From the human T2T-CHM13v2.0 reference genome, Homo sapiens, in the NCBI RefSeq assembly GCF_009914755.1, contig NC_060933.1: DNA of 64,000 nucleotides. The stretch is one strand, 5' to 3'. Within the stretch, counting starts at the first letter, position 1; every line of letters starts with the position of its first letter. Shown here in pieces: positions 13,119 to 26,302 of the stretch. The notes beneath the pieces were generated by a model. The model saw only the letters and a program-made list of their open reading frames with translations. It made no database searches and was not told the origin of the DNA. Made by a program: the position numbers and the translations under genes.

Positions 13119-13390
13119 AGTGGGATTACTTAAATCTGGAAATAAAGGCTGAATCTGGAAATAAAGGGTGTGAGACCCGGAGCTATAGACATCCAGGCAT
13201 TGACACCATGGAACTGTTGATGTTGGCTTCTTTGGTGTCTGTGATAGGGTTCAAAACTTAAAAAAAGAAATGTGAGTTGGGTAGACAACTAGCTAGATTC
13301 AGTTTATCCAAATACTTGAGTCACTGCTTACTCATGAAATCTACAAATCCCTCTCAAGAGGTCACTTGATTGGTTTTGCCCTTGCGTGGC

Positions 13391-13673
13391 TTTTTTTGTT
13401 TTGCTTTGTTTTGTTTTGTTTTGTTTTGAGACATCCTGTTGCCCAGGCTGGAGTGCAGTTGTGTATTCATAGTTCACTGCAGCCTCAAACTCCTGGGCTT
13501 AATGGATCCTCCTGCCTCAGCCTCCTAAATAGCTAGTACTACAGGCACAAGCTACCATGCCCATCTAATTTAAGAAAATTTTTTTTCTTAAAAATTTTTC
13601 CTTAAAAATTTTTTTAGCCTGTGTTGCCCAGGCTAGTCTCTAACTTCTGGTCCCAAAGGATCCTCCTGCCTCC
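13391..13673 (-). mobile_element. AluJ with (TTTTG)n tail
   Basis: Diverged dimeric Alu. Confidence 0.85.
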
Positions 13674-14064
13674 GTGACGTTTATGTAAAATGAAAGTCAT
13701 ATCCAACTTTGAAATTGTTAGAAACCTATGATACCTAAACGTGCTTTTTATTTAACTTTAAAATTATTTGAATTTGATGGATTCTTCTATTCGTGCACGT
13801 TTTGGATATTTGGTGTTATCCTACTTTTTTCCCCAGGCATAAGTCATATATTTGAAGCTATGATAATTATTCTTCTTTCAAATATTTGTCATTGCTTAGC
13901 TAAAAAGCTTAGAAAAATATTTAAAGTGGTGATAACAGACATTCTAAACTTCTAAATTTAATGAAAACTGTTTTACATGCTCTTGAAGATGTTGAGATCA
14001 ACAATAACATTAAGAAATTATGTCATTTGTTTTATTAAGATATTTTTTAAAAAATCAAGAATAC

Positions 14065-14362
14065 ATTTTGAACAGCTTTATTGAGATATAATTCACATAG
14101 TATACAACTGACCCATTTAAAGTCTACCAGTCAATGGTTTTTAGTATATTCACAGATACTCGCAACCATCACCGTAGTCAATTTTAGAACATTTTAATCA
14201 TGTGAGAAGAAACCCTATACCCTTTACCTATATCCTGTTCCCCCCAGTCCTAAGTAACCAGTAGTATACTTTCTGTCTCTATAAAATTCACTTTTTCTGG
14301 ACGTTTCATATAAATGGAATCATATAATATGTGGTCTTTTCATGACTGGCTGTTTTCATTTA
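14065..14362 (-). mobile_element. L1MB 3' end
   Basis: ACAGCTTTATTGAGATATAATTCACATAG...AATGGAATCATATAATATGTGGTC. Confidence 0.8.
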
Positions 14363-14774
14363 GAGGAATGGATGTTAAATTTGATTAAAAAACTTTCTAG
14401 GAAATATGAAGAGAGATGTCCCACGTTTTGATTTGAACTTCTCTCACAGATTTACCCGATTTGAGTTCACAATGATGAGGTCATTGTGTTGGCACAAACC
14501 GACCTCTTATGGCCCACAAGAGAGATGCTAACAGGCCTTCTTGGGTCAGGTGCCTGCCCCAGATCCAATCTCTAGACAGAGAGGCAAAGTCAGTCAGGAA
14601 CATGGTAGCCCTGACCAGGGCATGGTTGGGGCAGAGCAAAGAGTAATCCCAGGAAAGGGACAAACAGACAGAATTGAAGATGTCTTCTTTAATTAAGCCA
14701 TTCAAGGGCCCTCTGCCGTGCTTTCCTGAATCATGATGAAATTACAAGCAAAATATTGCTGTGATATATGGGGA

Positions 14775-15270
14775 AAGGGACTGAATTAAAAGTCAGAAAG
14801 CCTAGGTTTTTGCTTTGGTTTTGCAGTTTGACTTTAAGAAAGTCACTTTGTCACACTTTTAATCCCAGCAACTTGGGAGGCCAGGGTGGGTGGATCACTT
14901 GATCCCAGGAGTTGGGGACCAGCCTGGGTGACATGGCAAAACCTCATCTCTACAAGAAAAATGCAAAAATTAGCCTGGCATGGTGGCATGCATGTGCCTT
15001 TAGCCCCACCTACTTGGGAGGCTGAGGTGGGAGGATCGCTTGAGCCCTAGGAAGTTGAGGCTGCAGTGAGCCATGATCACGCCACTGCACTCCAGCTGGA
15101 CAACAGAGCAAGACCCTGTCTTAAAAAAGAAAAAAGTTGCTTTGTATCTCTGAACCTCAAGTTCTTCACCTTTACATGGGTAAAAATTAACTGCCTGCCA
15201 TGGTTGTTGCTGGTGTTAGATGAGATAATGTGCCTGAAGTCGCATAAGACATTAACATTAGAAGACATTA
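14775..15270 (+). mobile_element. MIR split by an AluJ insertion (Alu 14852-15134, + strand)
   Basis: MIR core (CTCTGAACCTCAAGTTCTTCACC...AGATGAGATAATG) resumes after the Alu; AAAGTCACTTTGT/AAAGTTGCTTTGT TSD-like flanks. Confidence 0.75.
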
Positions 15271-15843
15271 AGTGTCCAGTAACTATCTTCTCTCTCCCTC
15301 TGATTCTTTAATGCCCTCCATGGTTTCTCCACAGGCCACTGCTATCTGGAGCGGTTTCAGATTTAACTCTTGGTTAAGTCCACTCAGCATTTCTACCCTT
15401 CCACTTTGTGCTGCCACTGGGGTCTCTGTTTACAAGGTCTATGGTTAATGGCCTTATTTTAAAATTCAATTCCTCAGGATCTTCAGAGGTTTTCCCCAGA
15501 CTGCATCCACCCACCACTTCCAAGTAGCTGAAAACCATGCACCACTCCCCGCCCCGCCCCCACCCCTACCTTAAGCCTCCACTCACCCTCCCCATCCCAG
15601 CAAACATGGTTTGATTGGTAGTTACATTGGTCTCCTCAGAGGTCTTTCATAGTCAGGCTTATCCTTAGTTATATCCTAAGCTGCAAAGCCCTGAGTTGAG
15701 GAGAGGACATGGTCCCTGCTCTCTGGGGTTAGAGTTCTGAGGCTGGCAGGTAACATAGCCTCTGTGAATGGGACACCTGATATTCCAGTGGCAGGTAGCC
15801 TGACACCAGGGCTTTGGGGCCCTGAGTTCCCTTTCAGCTTCAC

Positions 15844-15845
<2 letters not shown>

Positions 15846-15881
<36 letters not shown>
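15846..15881. repeat. (CA)n microsatellite
   Basis: Directly visible. Confidence 0.95.
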
Positions 15882-15886
<5 letters not shown>

Positions 15887-16159
15887 TTTTTCTTTGTATT
15901 TATGGCGATGATTCATAATCAGGATATTCCTATTCAAAGAAGACCAAGGAATCATTGAATGACGTCAAGAAGAGAGCAAAGATCTATATATTCCTGGCAT
16001 TTAGAAGTATGTGTTGCAGCTGGAGAGACCTTGGATATAATCCAGGATAAACTCCTCCTTACCCTCCCCCCACCACACTTCCATTGATGGAAAAAACTGA
16101 AGCCTGGACAGGTGATGTGACTAGCCTAAGATCTCTCGATAAGAAAAAAGGCAAAGACC

Positions 16160-16500
16160 ATCCATTTATTTATTCATTCAGTAAAAGTTTATTGATTCGT
16201 ATTTATCAGACACAACCCTATGAGATGAGAATATCAGGTTATTCAGCACAAAGTGCCTGCCCTCATGGAGCTTACATTTGTCATACTGTCACGAGACTGT
16301 GATAAACAATGTAATGTCAGATGGTGATACGTACTAGGAAGAAAGCCAGAATAAAGGGATAGGGAGGAAAGAAGGAGGAGAAGTGACAAATTTGACAAGG
16401 TCAGAAAATGTTTTTCTATGAAGTAAATGGAGTGAGGGGACATATCTGGGAAAAGAGCACTCCAGATAGAGAAAACAGCTGATACAAAGGCCCTGGTGCA
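16160..16500 (-). mobile_element. L2 3' fragment
   Basis: TTCATTCAGTAAA...CCTGCCCTCATGGAGCTTACATT...AAAGGCCCTG. Confidence 0.65.
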
Positions 16501-17125
16501 GCAACAGAACCAATCTGACCAAGAGGTCTCGATTTTCCATGTAGAGCTCCTTCATCAAACCACATGCCCTCTAAGTCATCACTGTGGCCCAAGGGGCTTC
16601 ATACCACATGCAGTGTCTAGGTTTGACAGTGACTGTGAGAGCCCAGAAGGCACCATGCTGCCCAGATTGGAACAAAGCTGTGTCCCCTACATATGTGACA
16701 TTGACTCAGAACCTTAGCATAGTGAAATAGAAACAGCTCTGACTCAGAGATCCAGAGACCTGAGGCCCTGGTCTCTGGGGGGCCTTGTGGGTATATCAAG
16801 GAAGACTTCTTGAGAAAAATGAGCTCAATCTGTAACCTAGGGGTGAGTAAGAGTGCCCTGGGGAAATGTGTGTATAGGTATTGGGGACTGAGGAGTTAGG
16901 CACAGAACAATGTTCTTAACAGATGAAACAGTAAGTTTAAATGCCCCAAAGAAAAAAGGCACCTGACACAAAAGACTGATCTATGTCAGGATGCCAATTT
17001 ATTAAGTGAGAACAAGGTGAAAGGCTTTCTAATGCACAGAACTCACATCTGCTACCAAGAGCAGCCCATTTCTTGGGTCAGAATGGCTGGGAGGGTGATT
17101 TTGTATCAGAAAATTGCTTGGAAAG

Positions 17126-17503
17126 TGTATTAGTCTATTCTTGCATTGCTATAAAGAACTACTTGAGACTGGGTAATTTATAAAGAAAAGAGGTTTAATT
17201 GGCCCATGGTTCTGCAGACTCTACAGGAAGCATGGATGTGGAGGCCTCAGGAAACTTTCAATCATGGCAGAAGATGAAGGAGAAGCAGCTGGTCTTACAT
17301 GGCCAGAGCAGGAGAAAGAGAAGGGGGAGGTGCTACACAATTTTAAACAACCAGATCTCATGAGAACACACTCATTATCATGAGAAGGGCAAGGGGGAAG
17401 ACTGCCCCATGATCAAATCATCTCCCACCAGGTCCTTCCTCTGACATTGGGGATCACAATTTGACATGAGATTTGGGTGAGGACACAAGTCCAAACCATA
17501 CCA
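17126..17503 (-). mobile_element. THE1D/MSTA solo LTR
   Basis: TGTATTAGTC...CCAAACCATACCA; TSD GAAAG/GAGAG. Confidence 0.85.
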
Positions 17504-18114
17504 GAGAGAAATCTTGTTTTTCTGCTATTCCAGGGACTGTTGAGAAAGGCAGATAGAAACTGTGGGTGCAAGAAACACGAAGGTGAATAAGTTTCCCTCT
17601 GTTCCTTTCTCTTCTTTTCTGCCCTAATTAAAACAAAGACCTATTTGATAGAGCTGTTGCATTAGAATAATGTACACAAAGTCTGAATACAGTAGGCAAT
17701 CAAAATCAGTAGCGAGGATTAGCAGGAGACCTAGGCTGTTCCTACATCCTCAGCTTCACTTCCCTCAGTTCTCATTTCCTTTCCTAGGAATAACCACTGC
17801 CAGGCCAGTTAAGAGCAGTTATGCCCTCTCCTCTTAGGGATCATCCCACCTCTCTCTCCCTGGGTGACTTTGTGGCCTTCAGCAGGATAATGACCAAGAT
17901 ATTTTAAATTCAGCAAATCTGTACATTTCCCACAGTTAAAGTTTGTCAATCTTAAAAAAGCCTAGCATATAGGGACATCCACAGCTCAGTCTATATGGGC
18001 TGTGTGGAACCCAAGCCAAGCCCCTCTTATTGTCTTTCCTCCAGCTTGACTGGCAGGATATCTTTGGGGGGCCTGAGGTCCTCTCTTTCATGAGTAGTTG
18101 CCAGGAAGAAGAAT

Positions 18115-18140
<26 letters not shown>
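18115..18140. repeat. (CA)n microsatellite
   Basis: Directly visible. Confidence 0.95.
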
Positions 18141-18146
<6 letters not shown>

Positions 18147-18652
18147 CATGGAGGTACTAGAAACCCCTATCTGGAAGAGGAGTATTGGTCTCTGAGACAT
18201 GGCTTTAGAGGACTGTGCATCTCAAACCTTAGGGGAGATGTTGCCAATACATCTGTATAGACCTCATCCCATTGCAGACCTTATACATCAGGGTAACTGC
18301 AACTGGAGGCTTAGACTTTGTATACAGTTTTTGAAGCTTCCCTGGTGAGTCTGACAAGCACCTTAGACAAAGAGCTCCTTCGTCGGGAAATGGGTGGCTC
18401 TGTTCACATTATTACAAGACAACCTCTGTCGTTAACATACAGCTGTCTCCTAAGCATCTGTTTCGGGGGTCTGTGCTTCACATTTGATTAACTAAAAGGC
18501 CTGTTCAACAGATTTCTCCAGAACAAAGAAACAGCCTCCGTTGGTGAATTACAGCTTTGACTTCTACAGAAACTTGAAACCGCAGGAAGCTCTGATATAA
18601 GGTTACCCATAGATACACACACACTCACATATTTGTAGGACACACTTTATTT

Positions 18653-18705
<53 letters not shown>

Positions 18706-18733
18706 ATGTGTGTGTGTATATATATATATGTAT
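18653..18733. repeat. Compound (TA)n(TG)n(TA)n microsatellite
   Basis: Directly visible. Confidence 0.95.
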
Positions 18734-19669
18734 AGCTTATCTACTCTAGAAATTGATCAGCCATTAATAATTTTTAAAGCAGCTGGCTTGAATTATCTTT
18801 TGTGGGATTTGCATGATAAGAAGTTTTCAGTATTTAATTTGAACAATGAGAAAAATATGGCTACAGCTCATCTGTTTGACAAATAAGTCTGTCTTGGGGC
18901 CAGAGGCATTAGGAATTCTTAACAACCAGTCTGCACCATTATTTCAGAAAAACCTAGTGCCTGATTTGCCCAGCTCTGCTCAGGGTTTCTTTCTTTCTTT
19001 CTTTTATTCTTCCTCTCTCTCTTAATTAAAAAAAGCCTCACACAGCCCTTTCTCTGCAAAGTGAAATGTTATAATTGCTCTTACCACTCATCGATTTCCT
19101 CAGGGAAAAACCTAGGACCATGGAACCTGAGGCCTTAAAGTTTAAAATAGTGAGTTTCGGGTTTTGTCGGGGAATTTTGAGTCTATAAATTTATTCCACC
19201 CCCAAATTTACCTGCTTTTCTTAGTCCTTGTTCTCTTGCTGGTCATCTGAGAAATCATGGCGCTGAGAATAGCTGAATTTCAAAATCGCAGGCCTGGGGG
19301 TATCCAAATGATTGCATAGACCAACCTCAGGCAGATGATACTCACAAACCCGTATCTTACAGATGAAGCAGTTGAGGCCAGGAAGCTCCTGACTGGGTCA
19401 AGGGCACAGAGTGGAGTGGGGGCTAGAACCCAGCAACTCGTTTCTCCTACGGTACCTTTCCCATTAGAATCCAGTAGTCTAACTCCTTCTGTGCATAAAG
19501 ATCACCTGTGCAGTGAAGCTCCGCTGGGGGCCAGCAAAGCCCTCCCACCAACATATTTGCATGTATGTTTGCTTTCAAGTCAAATCCCCTACCTTCCTCT
19601 TCCATATAAGCATTCCCATATAAAAATTCTGGAGTCTAAATAGTACCCTCTACTAATGTTTCTTTGCAT

Positions 19670-19812
19670 TTGTTACAATGCAGGTTCCAGGCCTTCAGTC
19701 CAGAGTATCTGATCCCGCAGGTGTGGGGAGAAGTGAATTAACTTGACATTCCCCTTCCCCGCCCTGGCGTGATCCTGTGGTCTTTGGAGCACACTTTGAG
19801 AAGCTGCTCCAG
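19670..19812. mobile_element. MER5-type hAT MITE
   Basis: AATGCAGGTTCCAGGCC...CACACTTTGAGAAGCTGC. Confidence 0.5.
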
Positions 19813-20035
19813 CCAGCATATTAACTGAGACTTCTAGAATCCACTATGCCTTAATTCAGAGAAGCACTTCCTTTTTTGTAAAATATAAGACCTGGAGGAT
19901 CTTGCCAGGGAACAGGTTTTAAAGAGTTTCTTCAGCAGCTCTCACTCCGATGTGGAACAGCCTCCTTTAATTAGCTGACAGATGGGGGTCTTCTGAGAAG
20001 TGTGGAAGGAACTGAGGAGTTTATTTAAAGGGTCC

Positions 20036-20323
20036 TTGGGAGGCTGAGGTGGGCGGATCACGAGGTCAGGAGTTCGAGACCAGCCTGCCCAACATGGTGA
20101 AACCCTGTTGCTACTACAAATACAAATACAAAAATTAGCCGAGTGTGGTGGTGTGCACCTGTAATCCCAGCTATTCAGGAGGCTGAGGCAGAAGAATTGC
20201 TTGAGCCTGGGAGGCTGGGAGCCAGGCTCCTGGGAGCCTGGAGGTTGCGGTGAGCTGAGATCAAGTCACTGCACTCCAGCCTGGGCAAAAGAGAGAGACT
20301 CTGTCTCAAAAAAGAAAAAAAAA
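20036..20323 (+). mobile_element. 5'-truncated AluS with internal insertion
   Basis: GGATCACGAGGTCAGGAGTTCGAGACC; A tail. Confidence 0.9.
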
Positions 20324-20584
20324 AGGTGTCCAAGAAACCTGGGCAAAGAGCCTGAACTCCTCAGTGGAGGAGGCTCCTAGTGCAAGGAGTGGAAAATGAG
20401 GGACAGGGAGGGGAAGCATTGGTAGAAGGTGTACGGAACCTTCTTGGAGTTGAGCTTTGATCTTGAGGAAAACTGGCAGCTGGGTTCCACCAAACAACAC
20501 ACTCCAGCTATTGTTTCCTTGAACTTTGGCCTACATTAATGAAGAATCTGGGGCAAATTTTTCACAGGTTCTTCCACACTTTAT

Positions 20585-21292
20585 TTATTTTTAAATTTTT
20601 TGATAACTTTATTGAGATATAATTCACATACCGTACATACAATTCACCCATTAAAGTGTACAATTCACTGGTTTTTAGTACATTCACAGAGTTGTACAAT
20701 CATCAGTACAATCAATTTTAGAACATTTTCACCACCTTAAAAAGAACCCACATATCCTTTAGCCATCATCCCCTCGCAATCTCCCCATTTCCCCAGCCCT
20801 AAGCAGCCGGTAAGCTACTTTCTGTCTCTACAAATTTCTCTATTCTAGACAATTTAGATAAATGGAATCATATCATATGTGGTCATTTGTGACTGGCTTT
20901 TTTCACTTAGCATAATGTCTAAAAAATTTTTAATTATTGTGGATACATAATAGTTGTACATATTATGGGGTACATATGATATTTTGAAACTTAGTATAAT
21001 GTTTTTAAGGTTTCTACATGTAGCATAGATGAGCACCTCATTCCTTTTTACTGACAAATATACTCCACTGGCTGCATATTCCATGTTTTGTTAATCCGTT
21101 CATCCAGTTGATTGACACTTGGATTGCTTCCACCTTTTGGCTGTTGTGAATAATGCTGCTACTTGTGCACTGGTTTTTGTGTGAATATGTTCATTTCTTT
21201 TGGGTATATACCTAGGAGTGGAATAAGTGGGTCAAATGACAACAAACACTATACTTGACTTCCTGAGAAATTGCCAGACTGTTTTCAGAAGT
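20585..21292 (-). mobile_element. L1MB 3' region with nested short L1 piece
   Basis: TTTATTGAGATATAATTCACATACC...GGGTATATACCTAGGAGTGGAAT. Confidence 0.8.
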
Positions 21293-22222
21293 CTTCAGTT
21301 TTTTTTTTTTTTTTTTTAAGACAAACGGAAATCAATGGCTCTGAATTATCCTATAAGAGCTTAGTTACATACAGGTTGTTCAGGTCTAACTAAAGACTTA
21401 ATGTAAGCAGGGTTTGGGAGATGCAAAGAATCAAGCTTGGTTTACAAAAATACCAAGCCCAAATACTTGATATTTTTATTGGCATAATTTTAAAGGTTGG
21501 GGTAGTGTTACATGGATTTGTGTTTATAACCAGAAAAAGAAACTCAGTTATAAATGTGGCCAACAACAACAACAAATGACTGTACAACAACCCTTAATTA
21601 GTAGCTTTGGAAAAGTTTTAGTCACCTTATAAAATGAGTAAAGCCTTTAAGATGATAAAATCATCCACGGATTTCAGTTATTTTTGCTATCATCTGTTTC
21701 TGCATGGGGAAAAAGGCTTTAAAAATTTTAAGAATAAAGTATTTGGAAATACTTTACAGTATTTAAGTATATAATATACACAGAGATGCACACAAATCAT
21801 AACTGTAACTCCATGAATTTTCACAAAATGAACCTTACTCATGTAATTAGTACCCACATCAAGAAAGAAATAGTCACCAGCACCCCTTGAAACCCTCTTT
21901 CCAGTCATAATCATGTCCCTCCTCAAGGACCAGTGGATATCCTGACTTCTAACAGCAACATTCTTAGACACAAATAATACATTTTTTGTAGTAAGTTTCA
22001 GGTGTCAAGAACTGGCCAATGAAATAGATTTGTTTAGCTGAGAGAATTTCTTAAGACTCAGTCAGACTTACTATATTGCATGGTGTAATACATTGTTAAA
22101 AATTAAATACTGTTAAGCTTGTATATAAAATAGAGTATAACCTCAGCCCCAAGAAGCTTTTCATTTAACATCAGCAGCAATTTAAGAGCATATACTGTAT
22201 GGCATTTTTAAAAACTGCATGA

Positions 22223-22599
<377 letters not shown>

Positions 22600-23149
22600 T
22601 TATTCATGGGAGCAGTCTGTAAAGGAAGTCCTAGGCACCATTAAAGACAAGTGCTTTAATAATTTAAGAAGTGTGCATGTAAACTTGGGCACATTGACAG
22701 TATATTACATTGGGTTAAAGTGTAACGACCAATATAAATCCAGCTTCCACAAGCAGAGCATAAAAACTGACACATACTTTTCTTGGTTTATTGGGTAGGA
22801 GGATGTTAAATACCTTATGGTAAGATAAGCTTTCTAATACTGGAACTGACTAACTGCAAAGAACACTGCTCTGGTTCTTATCAGGAAAAAAAGTCCATTA
22901 TAATCATTTTAGGCACGAAACTTTCTACGCATTAGAATTCTTCCCAGGTGAAAAGTATATTATTAAGGGAATTCATTTTGCAAAGAGGAATCTTTTTTTT
23001 TTTTTTTTTTTTGCTCTAAAGATTTTTCATAAATTACCAGAGTAGTTTAGGATTTTATTAGGATATTTCCTCGGAAGTTTGGGGGTTCCGTGTTCTATCA
23101 GGTGATGCCTAATAGATGCCTGATATAGCTCATAAGTCAATGAGAGGAC

Positions 23150-24580
23150 AGAGCGTTACACTTGCCATGCGCTCCGGGCTGCCCCGGGTACTTTCTTTAC
23201 GGATGCTGGATGCTTCCAAGGTAACCCAGTCCTTTCATTCCCGCTCCTACCGAGATGCCGGGAAAGCACTCCCGCGCCGATGCGAGGTAGGCACGTCCTG
23301 CGCCCTGTGAGCGGTAACTGCGCTCGGCGTCGTCCTTCCCGAAGTCCTTGGCTTACACCTCTTCCCATCGAGTCGCCCCAAAGCCCCTCCTCCAGGCATC
23401 CCCCTCCTTGGGCAAAAGTTTAAGGGCGGGCCCCCTTCTCACTAAAGCGCGCCAGGGCCTCTCTCGTGGCTGGACAGAGAAGGCTCCTCGCTCTTCTCTA
23501 GCCCCAGCTCGGCGGGTGGGGACAGACGCTGAGACTCTCGGTGGCCGGCGCTGACGTGTCCTGGCCGTGAGGTGCCTCCCACCTCAAGGGACTTACTTAA
23601 ATATTTGGGGCAGGGCACCCTCCCAGGACCCCAGGAAGCCGGCGCAGGTTCGGCGGGGACCCTGAGGCTGTGGCGCACTTGCCCCGGCACAGCGCGAGCA
23701 CGGAGTGCGCGTGGGTGAGAGTGAGGGTGCGCCCAGGGCCAGCGGGAGGCGGACCCGCCAGGCGGCAGGTGGGTGCGGCCGGCTGGAGCCAGGGCAGCGG
23801 CAGCGGCGGCAGCAAGTGGTTGGGCCGTGCGCATTTCCTTCCCTCCCCCTCGGCCTCGGAGCCCGTCTGCAGTGCCCAGTGTGCTGCGCCTTCGGCTCGG
23901 CTCCGCTCCGCGTCCTCTGCCCGCCGCAGCCGGCCGCACCCTTCCCCGTCCGTCCATGTCCCTGCCCGTGGTGCTCCCGGGCTCCTGCTGCCCCGTGGCT
24001 GGGCTTTCGGGTGGGCCGCAGGCCGGGGGCCCGGGCGCCGCTGCCGCCGCCGCTCAGGAGCCGCCGCTGCCCCCGCTGCGGCCGCGCTGGCCCCGGGGCG
24101 CGCTGCAGCCCCCGTCGCGGCCTCGCTGCGCGGCCACCGCTGCTGCCGGGGTGCTGGCCGCGCCGCCGGCGCTCTCCTCCCGCCGGGCAGTCGCCGCCGC
24201 TGCCGCCGCGGCCCCGGGCTCCGCGCTGCTGCCCGCCCGCCCGCTGCTGTCACTTGGGCTGCTTCAGCTGATCTTGGGCTGCTGCATGGTGGCGCTCAGC
24301 TTCGGGGCGCTGTCGCTGAGCAGCTCCCCGCAGGTGAAGAACTCGTGCCCGTTCTGGGCCGGCTCCTCGGTGAGTACCGCGCGCGCGCCCCGTTCGCCCG
24401 GTCATCCCGGTGATAGGGGGCTCTGGTCGTTCCTCTCCATTGCCCCTTTGTTGGCCTCCAGGGCTGCAGTTGGGGGAGCCTCACGCCACCTGAAGTTTTT
24501 GGAGGCTGGAGAAAAATGTTCCGCGACGGTCGAGTTCAGGGGTGAATTGGGTTGCACCTGGGTAGTGTCTGTTGCGCGCA
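23150..24580. promoter_or_regulatory. CpG island / main ENTREP1 promoter
   Basis: Very high GC and CpG density; GC boxes (GGGCGGG ~23424); CRE-like TGACGTG ~23552; overlaps first coding exon. Confidence 0.9.
23956..24369 (+). CDS. ENTREP1: ENTREP1/FAM189A2 coding exon 1 (138 codons, MSLPVVLPG...CPFWAGSS; Ala/Pro-rich N-terminus, TM1 and start of TM2 of a CD20-like domain)
   Basis: ATG 23956; hydrophobic LLSLGLLQLILGCCMVALSFGALSL; SCPFWAG motif of the FAM189 family; phase-0 donor TCG|GTGAGT; joins exon 2 in frame. Confidence 0.88.
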
Positions 24581-25364
24581 GGCTGAAGAATTTTATTTTC
24601 CCTGTCAAGCTAATAGAATTAAACAAAGACACCCAGCTCTTTGGGAGATTGGAAGGACAGGGTGTGGGTGGCAGGAAAGTGGGAGGAAAATGATTAAACT
24701 TCTTTTGGTTATTGAGTATTTGCTGCACTGACAACGTCTGTGCTGGGAGGGCAGGGATTTTGATCATTTTTGTTCACTGATGTATCAAGAATGCCTGGCA
24801 CATAGTAGGTGTATTTGTGAGATGGGACAGTTTGACTGGGGCACATCGCTTGTTTTATTCTGCATTAAGACACACGTAAATGTGAAATGTGTAGGGTGGC
24901 TCGACCCCCAGACGAGTTCAGGAGGTAATGAGGGGGTGTGTGTGAACTGGCGCTTGTACCTGGTCATTAAAGGAAGGCCTTAACCCCACTGGGTTCCTGG
25001 AGCCATGCAGGCTGCTGTGCAGAATTCAGTTTGTGAGAACCGGGACCTGTCATTATGGATGAGCTGGCCAAAAGTCCTGGAGTGCCCAGCAGCTAGCTAG
25101 AGATGTCTGCTCTACAGGACCCACTCCTCCCTCCTCCAACCGGGAACGCTGAGCCTGGGGCCAAAGAGTGCCCAACTTCAGAGAAAAGCTGCTGCCAGCC
25201 AGTATCTATGGACACCGGGTGGCCACTCCCCCCTGCCTCCTAACAATCTCACAATTTCCAAGGCATCCAACCCCTTGACGTTTTCTGGGTGTTGAGAGAC
25301 TTGGAAACACATCTTTGTGGAATGACTATGGAAGATGAGCACAGTAAATAACCTCTCTTTATAT

Positions 25365-25510
25365 CTTTTTTTTTTAATTTTTAATTTTTATTTTTAAGGG
25401 ACAGAGTTTCCCCATGTTGCCCAGGCTGGTTTCCAACTCCTGAGCTCAAGCGATCCTCCTGCCTCGGCCTCCCAAAGTGGGGATTAGAAGCATGAGCCAC
25501 CACAGCCGAC
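25365..25510 (-). mobile_element. FLAM_C-like Alu monomer
   Basis: Monomer; GTAAATAAC on both flanks. Confidence 0.8.
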
Positions 25511-26267
25511 CGTAAATAACCTTTCTATGAACTCACTGTGTAAATCTGAAAGTCTAGCAATGCTGCTAGTTTTTAGTAAGATGTATAATCAGTGTATGTC
25601 CTGAATGGTAAGAACGGCTTTTGCAGTTTCACACATACTGCAATTCAAGACCAAATTGAAAAAAAAAAAAAGGACTCGAAGAACTAATTGAACCCAAAGT
25701 AATTGTTTGAATAAGAACATTAAGAACGTTAGGTTCCTTGAGACTCGCCTGAAATTGTATACTTCATCCAGTGTCAGTTTGCTTTCCTTTTGAAATACTT
25801 TCATGTTGAATGAACTTATTGGGGTACGTGCTGGACTGTGGTGAGTGAAAGCCATGATTTGTGCCTCATGAAAAAACGCCACCCTGGTGGCTCTGCCTGT
25901 GGGCTCTGCCACTGGCCTCTATGAGTGTTCAGGAAAACTACAGAAGGATGGATATTCCAGACAAGGTAGGAATTAGACCCGTTATGCCACCTATTCTGTT
26001 TGTCTGACTAAGTCCAGCCAAATGGTGGGTGCATTTCATTTCTCTAAATACCACGGGCCAGTAATGATCTTGCATATATTTTTAGGAATTTGCTCTTTAT
26101 AAAATCATAATCTATTGTCTTCTCAAACATAGCTAGTTTAGGATTCTTAAAAACTATTTTTTGTCTTCTAAAATTAAAAGCTGAAATCAGTTTACTATTG
26201 TGAATCATTTCAGAGGTAAATGCACTTAGATATCGGTCAAGCCACAGTTGAATTTGATGAAGTACCA

Positions 26268-26302
26268 AAAGAAAAGAAAAGAAAAGAAAAGAAAAAAAAA
26301 AG
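26268..26302. repeat. (GAAAA)n simple repeat
   Basis: Directly visible. Confidence 0.9.

Noticed and set aside
13131-13169. Small tandem duplication AATCTGGAAATAAAGG x2 (similar ones at ~208-232 and ~61110-61161)
   Set aside because: Ordinary slippage duplications with no functional evidence.
19169-19178. NF-kB-like GGGGAATTTT
   Set aside because: Imperfect isolated motif; expected by chance in 64 kb.
23442-24413. Overlapping 171-247 aa ORFs on both strands
   Set aside because: Stop-poor GC-rich island; low-complexity Arg/Ala/Pro products with no recognisable family.
23773-24693. 306-aa single-exon ORF
   Set aside because: Only 23956-24369 is exon; the rest is leader and read-through past a consensus donor.
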